Shown here piece after piece: positions 25,054 through 36,402 of a stretch of DNA of 64,000 nucleotides (positions are counted from its first letter, which is position 1; the number at the start of each line of letters is the position of its first letter). The stretch lies in NCBI GenBank assembly GCA_030704615.1, contig CM060733.1, forward strand, positions 57,784,001-57,848,000, written 5' to 3'. This stretch comes from Takakia lepidozioides (taxonomy: Eukaryota > Plantae > Bryophyta). Below the pieces are notes generated by a model, which was not told the DNA's origin, did no database searches, and saw nothing but the letters and a program-made list of their open reading frames with translations. The position numbers and the translations under genes were made by a program.

Positions 25054-26871
25054 GGTCAGGTCTGTACGCTATTCCCCGTCTCGTCTTCTTGGCCTGTGAC
25101 TCGATCAGTTCTGTACAAAAAGATTTGGCGAATCTGGATCTCTTGCAAGATTTGAGCTGTATCCTCAAGACCTCCAAGCTTGTGGTGCAGTCTCTCCCTG
25201 GCATGCACACAAAACAGGGAAAGCACAGAGCTACATGGGGCTACCGCAGGATACCCGTTAACTAACGTATGTTGATGCAAGTTTACTGAAGTCCTCGGTA
25301 CCACATCGGTACCGTATTGAAAAGCCTGTCGCCACTGCCATGCTCTCTACCGAACAGTCCTTCTGCATCCCTAGTTCCATTTCTTTCATGAGCACCTCCG
25401 ATTTGTTGCAGTACTGAAGCCGTCATTGAGGCCAGATTTCTCCCTGACAAAATGTAGAAGACACACTAGCTTCGACGTTCTCTTTAGGTTCTTTGAGCTA
25501 TTTCAAAAACAAACTGAGAGCACACAAATTTGAGGTACCTATCATAAACTGGTTGAAAGCTAGACATTGCCAAGATACTGAGCTATGTGGATAGTTCCAA
25601 AATATGGAGTCCTCACAGCAATGATTTTGCCATTCAAAAATCTGCTTAGGCTCATAGCTTTGTCTCATTTATCAGCCTGTATGGCTCTTATTTTTATTTT
25701 TATTTTTATGCAAAGGGAACATAGGCCCTTGTAATGGCTCGTGTGTACGGTTACCTCAAATTACCTCAGATGAGATCTGGCTCCTTTTTATTGGCCCTGC
25801 CCGGGACTACGCATCAAGTTGGCCAGAGTGACCTTAACCTTATATCATGGGTTGTCCCCTTAGACTTAATGGGAACATGAAAGTTTTTAGTTCCCAGTTG
25901 GGCACATGTTACAATTCATATCAATAAAACAATGGCGGGGCCTCGTGTATACGCCTTGTTATGAATTGCGGCACTCAATGGCTGAAGTGATCACCTCAGC
26001 GATTGATCAAGTGGTGCACTTCAGCGGTATAATTTGGAAATTCTTATTTTATTTTATTTTATTTTTAAGCTGAATGCCGCACTTCAGCATTTGAAAAACA
26101 AAAAAAATGTTTTTTTTTCTTTTATTTTTAAGCTGAATGCCGCACCTCAGCAGCTGAAGTGCGGCATTCAGCTTTTATAATAAATAAATAGATAGATTAA
26201 AAATTTAATATCTAGTTTGATACCACTACCTGCCAGGTATGAAGGAGGCTCTTCACTAACAAGACCAGACCCTGGTTGGTATGAAATGTTGATGATACTG
26301 GTCCAACACTGCTCTTCACCCTCAAGGGTTACTCTGCCTTCCGCTAGGAAGGTGGACATGTGGACACCTTGGTGGCACCAATTGGTGGATTGAACCCACA
26401 GCCACTTCTGAGATGGTATGTGCCAGTGTTGGGAGGATACCCCTATCCCGTGGGTAAAACCCAATTAAGGGTACCTATATGGATATACCCTCCCCTGGAA
26501 ATTCAAAAATACCTTTACCCTACCCTTGTCAGGAGTAATTATTTATTGGCTCTCTTGTGGAGAGAGACTTTGCGGAGACATGCAAGACAATGGAGAAAAT
26601 GTGGTCAAAGTACCTTACACCGTGTCAAGGCGCTGATTGGTGTGTTATGTTGAGTCATGCTCCCTTGTCTTACCCTTCCTCTTATGTTGTGCCAAAGCAA
26701 AGCAAGAGAGCCAATTGCCGTTTGAGGCTTGTTAATTACTAATTATTATTTACCTTCTGGATTTTTTTCACAGTAACCCCTTATTCACATGCCACCTCAC
26801 ATCTGGATAACCGCTACGTGGCACGGCTTAAGTAGGCAAATCTGGGCCCTTGATAAAATCAAGGGTACTTA

Positions 26872-27309
26872 GGGTCGTACCACACTACCGGCACACCAAC
26901 GGCACTGACGTGGATGTTGCAGGCTAGGGATTGTTGGATGATATAGGTCCATGTCACCAAGCGGCAATGAATCGGCTACCACACTATAGCAGTAGCCTAG
27001 CGCCAAAAGAATCGCAACCACCTTGTCTTTCATTCTAAAAATAACCAATTCCTAGAAACGTGTCGCGGGCGAATCATGTCAAGACAAAGTGTCTTCCTAA
27101 AATTGTGGATTTGCAGGGGACACTTGCCTGGAAATCCATATTTTTATGGAATGTGACATGTAGGCGCCAAGTCGGAGCCATGTCAACGCCTCTCCACCTG
27201 CAGCAGCGCTAGTGTGGTAGGCACAGCAGCACATTGCCCTCCCTTAAACCAGTAGGAGGGTCCGAAATTAAGTGCCGCTGCCCCTCTTGCCGCTAGTGTG
27301 CTACGGCCC
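26872..27309. mobile_element. PIF/Harbinger (Tourist-like) MITE
   Basis: Imperfect 22-bp TIRs GGGTCGTACCACACTACCGGCA vs GGGCCGTAGCACACTAGCGGCA (19/22). The left flank is TTA and the right flank TTT. Internal CCACACTA / TAGTGTGG copies are present. Confidence 0.65.
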
Positions 27310-28839
27310 TTTGAATTGAAAGCGTATGGCTAAGGGTATTTCTAGGGCAGAGTGTGAGAGCATGCCCAACAGCTCTCTATTTCACAACAGTATTCACACA
27401 CAGGGCACTTCCGAACATAGGATCCGATGTGTGCTACACTACCTTGGATCCCATGTTCGGAAACGCCCTCAGTGGGAATAATGTCCATGCTAGTTTTGAT
27501 AGCAACTTCTGAGGTCTCCCTTATGCTTCTTCTTCTCACCCCCTCCACCTAACAGCACAGAGAAGTTTGTTTTAATCTACTGTCTGGTACCATGCGGTGT
27601 TCATCATACGATAGGACGACCTTGTTTTTCCCTTCAGTTAATCTTTGGGCCTTTAGAAAAGGATTGATTGCGTCACTCAAAGCTGACAGACGTCATTCAA
27701 GGACTTGCCTTGGAAGTGTGCAACTTGTGTTGGATGTGGGAAGCCACAGATCATGATCGTGGTTTCTGCTGCACTGACATACACGAGCTAGCCATAGCAA
27801 ATTGGCGCAGTCTGGAATAAGCCTGAGAAGATCGAGAGTTACTCAACTTGATCAAATCTGTAGCCGTAGTTGTTTGCTTGCACAGTTGCATTTTTCCAAC
27901 CTACAGCAACTTGGATGTCATGGTTATCTAGAATTACCTACTTCTAGTTAACTAGGACATTTTAAATATTTATATTTATATTTTGTGTGTTGGGACTTCA
28001 TTTGGTCTCACATGCCAAGTGAGGTGTCGAGCCTCACTTGGGACATGGGGATAGGTTTTCCCCTTGTGAGGATGGAGGAGGCTCATCTTCTTGTAGTTAA
28101 GCCTCCATGAGCCTCTCTCACCTCCATAGCTTTAAGTATTGAGAGGGAGTGTGGTGAGGGCTTTGTAGGGTGGATTCCCTTAGCAAGGGTGTCATTGGCT
28201 TGACTTAGTTTATGTGATTGAGTGGATTCATGAGTGGAGGGTTTCCATTATGTTCACTTCCATTATCATTGTGGTATAGCTTTCTAGGATTGTGTGCTTA
28301 GATTGTGTGGTGGACAGCGATGTATGTTGTGGCACGATGCTTAGGTGCACGACATGGATCATGTTGCAAAATGGGACTTTGGCTCTATAATCTATGCTCT
28401 TAATGGGGCTCCTTGCCCTTAGCCAGTAGGGGACATTAAGGAGAGCACCCCAAACAAATTTATTGGTGCGGAAGCCTTGGGAGCGTGTGCGGTGGTGTAG
28501 AAGTATACAATCACCTGCTCCAACAATATCTTCATCAAGCAAACACCTATGAAGGTATCTAGAACCCGGCTTCATCTCTACTTCTCATGCAGTCGTGTAA
28601 ATTAGAGGGCAACGACTGAATTTGAGGTCCGCTTACTTGATCGTTGTAGTTAGCTGATGGGATAGTTCTACAGCCTGAGTGAGAAAGTGCGTGGTGTCAG
28701 ACTGAAGTAGTGCGGGTTAGGCACCTGTGCTATTTGGTGAGAGAAACAGTAGAAGTGAGGAAAGTAGTTGGATGCCTTCGAATCCTCCGGAGTTATGGTA
28801 AAAATTGAGCAGTAAGGAGCAGCGTCTTCGAGAAGCCTT

Positions 28840-31800
28840 TCATGGAAAGCGATGGCCGACAGCGGGCAGAGGCCGATGGCCGACAGCGGGCGGCTAGAGG
28901 CGGTAGACACCCCAACCGTGGGTCTAAACGGGACACAGCAGCTGTGCAGGCTGGTGCTGGGCCCGCCCACTCCTCACACACCAGCCTTCAGCGTCATAAT
29001 GGTGGGCCCTTATTTGCCACACAAGGTAATCCTAGACGCCAGGGTGGTCAGCCCCCTTACACTAGGCACATCCGCCAGAGCCATGGTATAGCCAAGGGCA
29101 ATATTGGTGGTGGGCCCTGTCCCTCCTTTCAAGACAATCCTATGAGCAGTAGAAATGGGGCCAAGAGTAGTGCTACACCCTCCCTCTCCGGTCACAGCAG
29201 CCCTCATCCACGGAGGTGAAGAAGCATTGCTGATGGTGAACCCTCCCACTCTACCCAAGGTCACAGCTCTACAGGAATTATACCCGACAACCCCAAGCGC
29301 GGCACAACAAAATCAAGGGGCCAGTGCCCCTTCCCCAATTCGCCTTTCAGGTTCACAGCAGCCTCCCACATAGCTTACCTCTCCACCTAGCTCGCCACCT
29401 CCTTCTAGACAGCGGACAGTTTCACCTGATCAGACCGCCCGTTCTTTTGCTCCATCTTATCTCCCATCACCAACACCACCATCTTCTCCACCAGACCGAG
29501 TGCCTTGTCCAGGTTGTGGTTGGATGTTTGCCCGTATCAAGGGGCTTGTGCATCATCGGCACATGTGTTCTACACTCAATCAGTCTTCTCCGGACAGTCA
29601 TTTGCCTACCCCGTTAGTAGCTCCTTCTGCCTAGGCATGGCTTTGGATTGCGGCCCTTGATGTTTTGGGAGCATTTCTTTTGGGTTTGCCCCATCCCTGG
29701 CACTATACGCGCATCCCAATGGCGCTTCGCAAAGAGGTACAACATGTTTTTCGCTTACCCTTGGACCGCCTTGCTCGGGACCCTTACGACATTGCTGTTT
29801 GGCACCTTTTTCTGCTTTTTCCTCTATGGTGTCTAGTTTTGCCTCCACGTGGTGGTGAATCCAGACATTGAGAGATGCGTGCTTGTCTTCGTAGATTTCT
29901 CTCTGGGGACTGGGAAACCCTTCAAGACGAACATTATCTACGTGCACAAGCACTTGCGGCGCGAATAGCTCATGATAGCCCACACCAAGCAACTCCATCC
30001 ATCCACATGCGTCTTCGTCGGAGTCTTATGCTAGGCCGGGCAAGAGAGTATTCCCGTGCAGCTCGAGCTCTTGCTCCTCTTGTTCCCAAGTTTGGGCTTT
30101 CTCACGAGTCCACTGCACTTGGTTACCTTTTGTCCTATTGTTCAAGGCCTGAAGCTGAAGCTCTTCCAGACAATTAATTAATTGTCTGCCATTAGACTTC
30201 AGCTCGTCCTCTCCAAAAGGCCCAATGATATCATCCTGATGAGAGACCTTTATCCACCCCGGCATTGAAGTCACCAATAAAAATCACCTGACCTTTGGCA
30301 AGGAATGAAGCACAGTCTAGCTTTACATCTTCGAAGGCTTTGTCTGCGTCAGCACTAAGGGTCCCCTCTGTGGGCATGTAAACACAACCCACAAAGAAGT
30401 CCTTCGTATTCATGCCGCCCTTCAATTTCACCTTTAGCCAGATACTATGCTCGTACCTCAAACCCTTGTTGATAATTTCACAATTATCAAACAAGAAATC
30501 ATGGACAAAGAATCTAACGTCTTTTCGACCGCGTTTGGCAGAGGCTACCTTGAGGGTACACATCTTGCCTGCCCATTTATAACCAATGACATCTCCAACC
30601 AGTTCATATCATTAGTCCGAAGAACTTGTCCCACTTCGAGTTGTTTCCTTTGGTTAGTTAGCCCTGTGAGGTTAGATTGTGGCCAGCCGCAAGCCAGCGC
30701 TTTGCATGTGAATTGTTTGTCGTCTAAGTAGCTTAAGATTGCTCCTGGATGGCCAAGCATTCTGCAAAAGGGGGACAGTTACCCCGTGTGTAGACTTTAC
30801 TCGTACCAAATCCTTCAGTTACATGACGTTCAGACTCTGTACACTTAGGGTGAGACTACCCCGGATAGTGAATCAGAAAATGAATATTGTCTTCGGGATG
30901 CCCACACAACAAGCAATTGCACTCTCCCTTTGCTCTTTGCTTCTGTTTACTGTTCAAAGATAGGTTTCCTGCCTTGAATTCCTGCCTTGAAGGTGGGCTT
31001 TTCCAATGCTCTTCCAGACAGTTAATTAATCGTCTTCCATTAGAGATCAGGTCGTACTCACCAAAAGGTCCGATGATATCATTCTGGTGAAGACCTTTAC
31101 CCACCAGGGGTCCGTCGAATAGAGCGGCCTCTATGGTATATGGACATACCCTACCCTAGAAATTCAAAAATACCCTTACCCTACCCTTGTCAGGGGTAAT
31201 TATTTTTGTTATACCCTTAATGGATTATACCCTGGGGTTTGAAATTTCAAAAGATACCCTTATCCTCAAGGTAAATCTATTCAATGGCCGATACTGTCAC
31301 AGCTTTGGAGAATCTGCACCCCAGTGCGGACAACATCCTTCCTTCCTTTGTGGAGGACTTTGAACCTGATGAGGACCTTCAATTGGATCGCGATACTTTC
31401 ATACAAGCATTCACTCGTAGCCCTCATCTTGCAGCAACCGGTCCGTCTAGTTTGGTGTATGAACACCTCCGTGACTGTCTCAATCCACATGACTCTACTA
31501 GCAGTTTTTCCCAACTGTTCTAAGTTTGCTCTTTCATTGCGATGGGACATATACCTACCCCAGTAGCCCATTTGCTTGGAGCAGCACGACTCTTGGCCAT
31601 GTCCAAGAACACAGGTGGGATTCGTCCTATTGCAGTGGGGGAGGTTCTGTATCACTTGGTGAGCCGCTCTATCTGCATCAGTTTCGGGAAGTCTTTTCTT
31701 CTCACTTTTCTCCACATCAAGTTTGGGGTCGCTATTCCGGGAGGTTTGTGAAGCGGTGGTGCATAGGATTTGGGCTTCCCTTGACCTTCATCCAGACTGG

Positions 31801-33860
31801 GTCGTCCTTCAGGTGGATGTGACCAACGCCTTCAACACGGTGTCCAGATCAGCAATATTTCAAGAACTGCGATCAGCCGGCGGCGCATGCCATCAGCTCA
31901 TTCCCTTTGTGAGATTGTTTTATGCTTCATCCACCCCTTTGTTTTTCAGTCATCACACCCGTACCGGAGATCTTTCTATAATCCAGTCCGAAGTAGGAAC
32001 CCGTCAGGGCGATCCATTAGGGGGACCTCTTTTTGCTTTTGCCCACTTCCGAGCCCTTCGCTCATCTGCGCAAGCCTTCCAATCCTGTAGATTTCCTTCT
32101 AGTGCTGATGATACCCACATCACTGGCCCTCCCACTGATATCCTTTTGGCTTTCCATCACTTTGCTACCCAACTTCACTCTCTTGGGCTCATTGTTCAAC
32201 CTCGCAAATTCACAGTTTGGTCACCCTCTGGTCTGCCTTCAGATTTTGTGCCCCCTGTCGACTTTCTAGCACCATCTGAGGGTATTCGAGTGTTAGGTGT
32301 TCCCTTTGGTAGTACCCCTTACACAACATCTTTCCTCCAAGACGCTTTACTACATGATACAAGCCATATAGAGCTTCTTCCCAAACTAGGCGATATGCAG
32401 GTAGCCCATGGCATTCTCACCAAATGTTTTTTACATCGACTTTCTTATCTTTTGCGTTGTTTCCCCCCCACTCCCTAGTTTGTGGAGTTTTTGTCTTCTT
32501 TTGATACGATTGTTAAGGGGATTTTTGGTCATCTATTAGGCCCAAATGCATTTGATAGTGAGCAGGGGTCCTTGGCATATCGTCAGGCTACCCTCCCAAT
32601 CTCTTCTGGAGGAGTGGGTTTACTATCCACAGTCGTCACTTCCTAGGTAGTTGGGCTTTAGTCGCTCCAGCCTTGGTATCTCGGTTTCTGTGTCAGCAAC
32701 GCCCTTTTCTCATGGAGGTGGTTGCCCACATTGACGATGGCTCTTTGTCCTTCCAACAACATCTTCGTTCAGCGCGGGATCTCATCCCAACACCAGCACG
32801 AGCTTGTTTGCCACCCTTTGAACAGTTGGTTACTGAAGGTCTGGAGCATTTATAGGATACCATCATGGAACGCATGCACCGACACTCATTTGTCAGCATG
32901 CTTTCCGACACTCCTTCAAATGCACATCGAGACAGACTTCTCTCATGCGTAGGGCCCGAAGCAGGCGCGTGGCTCACAGTACAACCAACCATTGCACCTT
33001 TCCGTATGTCTTCTACTGTATTTATCACCTCCCTACGAGTTCGACTGGGTCTTCCGCATCCCTCTGTGTTAGGACTACAACAGTGTGTTTGTTGCCATCC
33101 TCTCGATTCACTCGGCGTACATCTTCTTCGTTGCCCCTGCGGTGGAGAACGCATTGCGACCCATGATGTCGTCCGGGATGCAGCAGCTGCGGTTGCTCGT
33201 GATGCTGGGATACATGTCATTCGAGAGCAGATGCACATACTCCCATCGACCCACAATCACCATTCCACTTGATGACCGGTTGACATTGTTCTCTCATAGG
33301 ACGGACTGCGTACATTGGCGGACGTTGTCATCGCTGATCCTACTAGGTTGGATCTCCTGTCCCGCACAGCCTCATCAGAGGGAGTTGCCGCTTCAGTAGC
33401 TGCGCAGGGAAATGAGCATGACTATCGGGCATGTCATTCCACAGACAAATTCCTTCCTTTGGCAGTCGAGATCTTTGGTTGTTTACATCATTAGTTCAAT
33501 GAGTTCCTTCGCACATGTGCCCATCGTGCAGCAGAAAACAAAAGCCTTGGAAGCCCATATGCCTCTATTCTTGTAGCTTTCTTTAATAGACAACGAGTTT
33601 CTGTTGCTTTGCAAAAGGCTTAAGCTCAATCTATTTTAAGTCGGGCAGAGGTTGCTGGGGCGCTTCATCTCGCCTCCCCGCACTCTCTGATCGACCCTCT
33701 TTCCTGTTGTCTGACCTTCTTCAGGTTGTAGGTGATACTAGAATAGTTTGATTTATTTCTTTGTGTTAATATATCTAGCTCTACGAGCTTTGGTTGTTTC
33801 CTCTTGGGGACAGTTACACCCATTTGTACAGTCACCCCACTTGGGTCTTTTTATAAAGCT
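28840..33860 (+). mobile_element. Decayed CRE-clade non-LTR retrotransposon (RT + CCHC + restriction-like endonuclease)
   Basis: A broken ORF contains an N-terminal finger CPGC..H...C (~29505-29570); RT motifs GIRPIAVGE, QVDVTNAFN, GTRQGDPLG, ADD, IRVLGVP; AGAWL...RLGLP; CCHC CVC..H...C; then ATHD..RD, RE, VDIV, ADV and FLPLAVEIFG of a PD-(D/E)xK endonuclease. There are many stops and frameshifts, and the ends are approximate. Confidence 0.85.
30090..31280 (-). mobile_element. Nested insertion in the CRE element: APE-LINE fragments plus a MITE fragment
   Basis: It interrupts the CRE ORF between RAARALAPLVP and ADTVTALENLHP. It contains AP-endonuclease pieces (IWLKV, GCVYMP, IGDFNA, NGRQLIN; twice), a family-A CCHC piece (30856-30990), and a TACCC-repeat segment (31105-31270) also seen at 26480-26545. 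Confidence 0.8.
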
Positions 33861-34022
33861 ATGCAGAGGGTGTGAAGAGTTTAGGATCTCTAGTCTTTTC
33901 ACTAAAACCCTAATCTGAAACCAAATGTTGGGTTTAGGGATGAGCTTAAAGTATGTTACAATTTGGTGGTGGTCTACAACTAAACTAGGGTTTAGGGTTC
34001 TTATGTTTGAGACTGTTCAAAC

Positions 34023-34926
34023 CAGTGTTGGGCGGTTCTTGCATTTGTGAAGGAACCTTCGGTTCCGGTTCCAAAATGATTTCAAGAGACGGTTCCGGAT
34101 CCGGTTCCGGTTTTTTTTTATTGAGCCGGTTCCGGTCCGGTTCCGGATCCAACTTTTAAACATGGGGGCGGTTCCGGTTACCGGTTAGTTGCTGATAAAA
34201 ACCATCGGTTCCGGTTAGGTTCCGGTTCTATTTTAAAAATATATTTGTTTAATTTAATTAGATTTAAAATATTTTATCAGTCCGGTAGATTAAATAGCAG
34301 TGTATTCACATATTTGAACTAAAATCCAACGATTTTGTTAGTTTTCACTAACACAAAAAAACAAACAAAAATACTCTAAATAAACTCGTAGAAGAAAATG
34401 GGTAAAATTTTATGGGTTGAAAGTACTATTCAGCTACCTGGCAAGTATTGGCATCTTCAAACATTTTATTAATGAACTTAGCCAGGATATCATGGAGCTG
34501 GAGATTGAACCCAAGATCTCATGGCGCTGAAGCATTGAACATAGAATCTCATGGCCTTCAAGCATTGAACCCAGGATCTCAGGAGCTTAAGAGCATTAAA
34601 TAAGTTTTTCCCTGGGCCCACCAGCCCCACCAAGGGGTCAAGAACCAAGAACCGGACTTAGAAGCGCTTTGGTAGGTACTAGAGACATTTAGGGCTACAG
34701 CCCAGGGGTGGACCGGAACCGGATCCGGAACCGCTTTGGAGCTGGAACCGCCGGTTCCCACACATGTGGTCATAGCTGGAACGGCCGGTTCCGGTTCCCA
34801 CACAATCCCCAATGAGCGGTTCCGGTTCCGGTTCTGCACAGGCGGGTCCGGTTCCGGTCCGGTTCCACATAACCGGAACCGGAACCGGCGGTTACCCGGG
34901 GCCAGGCGGGTAACCGCCCAACACTG
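34023..34926. mobile_element. Non-autonomous hAT-superfamily MITE (904 bp)
   Basis: Perfect 15-bp TIRs CAGTGTTGGGCGGTT / AACCGCCCAACACTG. Perfect 8-bp TSD GTTCAAAC (34015-34022, 34927-34934). Dense subterminal CCGGTT/GGTTCC repeats at both ends and no transposase. Confidence 0.92.
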
Positions 34927-35889
34927 GTTCAAACCATATCGGGAACCCTAAGTTTGAAACCCTTCAAACCTATGGTTTGATTCTATGACAAAACAAGGTT
35001 GTGTGAAACTAATTGCAACTTCTCTTTTATCATCTTTCAGGATTTAACGAGGGTAACCCTATGTTTGAAATTTTTTATTTCATGTATATTTTTAATGACT
35101 ATATTAGGGTTTCTCAACATTTTTAGATGAGAGAGCATCCCGTAGATGGGCCCAATTGGTTAGGCCACAAAGCTGCCTCACAAATGGTGGTAGGCTTCAA
35201 AGCCAGTGTATGCTGGATGTTACCCAACAAAGCCAATCCAGCTATCCGAAAAGGGTCTAAGGTCAATGAATTACTTAATGTATGAATATCCGGGGAGTTT
35301 ACAGTCTTTAAGGTAAGTCCACCCAACTTGCTTTGCCCTGGTTACAATACTACCGTGGCAAGGTGTTCAACTTCCAAATGAAAAGTATTATCCTTTTGGA
35401 ATGAAGTGGTATCATAAGTTATGTTTGCATGAGTACTCCTACTTGATGACAAATTTTTAGTTGCATCTGAAACCTTAAAGGTGTTTTGATTCTAAAGTAC
35501 ACATTGTGATTTCAAGTGGTTGTGTGAAATGTTCTTTGTTGTTTTTTTTTCATTATCTTTTTTTGTCTAGTTATTAAATAACCTATGTGCACTCATCCTT
35601 TTATTTTTGTCAAACGCATGTTTTATTTCTTTATCGCATAAAGCCTTAAAATTTATCCTTTGTAGAAATTTGCTTATTGTCTCTGTTGTTTGAAATCTAT
35701 GTTTGATCACAAGTAGTGCTTTTTTTGACGATTTCCATTATTTTTTTGAAACCCTTAAGATGCCATTTCTTCCCTGATTATTAAATAAGCTATATGTTCT
35801 TTTTTATGCCGTTCAAACCTCAAGTTTTCTCTCTCTTCTTATGTACTATATAAAATGTCTTAGTCTTTCTTGAAACTCTATCTTGACCT

Positions 35890-36402
35890 ATGTTAATCGC
35901 AATTATGTTACAGAAGGCAGTCATGGAGTATGCCAAGGTTGGAGAGCACTACCAGTTCAACGAATCCACAAAAAGATGGACGTGTTTGAAGTGTTTGAAA
36001 TCCTATGGTAGCAAGTGTACATTTGTCAATCATCTTGCTAGATGTGGACAGCCCCCCTTGGCACCTGGCCAATCTGGTCGTCCACGTTCCAAGACTAAGA
36101 CATATGATCATGTGGCATCAAAAAAGCGATGTGCCCAAATGATGGGATCATGGAAAACACGTCATAAGCTTCTTCTTGCCAAGGCTCGTTCTCGATATAG
36201 GACTAAGGCAAATCAGATATGGGACAATGCAAGAAATAGTTTGGGCAGCAAGTGGAGGACAAATCCCATGAGGATGAATCCAATCACTCCAATGGAAGCA
36301 AAGCCAAGGATTGTTCTTCAGATGGATCTGACAAAGAACGATCCTATAATAATGGGAAGGATGCCCCTCCAGATTCTCCTAGTTCAAGTGATGAGCCTCT
36401 AA
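35890..36402 (+). other. Orphan ORF with a C2HC-type zinc finger and a GRPR (AT-hook-like) motif; probably transposon-associated or pseudogenic
   Basis: WTCLKCLKSYGSKCTFVNHLARC followed by SGRPRSK and a basic region. No recognised family. Confidence 0.45.

Noticed and set aside
27342-27900. Exon-like minus-strand segments
   Set aside because: Splice-like signals are present, but no recognisable protein and no consistent frame.
28605-28700. HDV-like or hammerhead ribozyme at the CRE 5' end
   Set aside because: A G-U-closed 7-bp stem exists, but I could not build P2/P3/P1.1. There is no canonical CUGAUGA...GAAA core.
32693-33256. 187-aa minus-strand ORF
   Set aside because: Antisense shadow of the CRE ORF.
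34579-34951. Pro/Gly/Arg-rich ORFs
   Set aside because: Artefacts of the CCGGTT repeats in the MITE.
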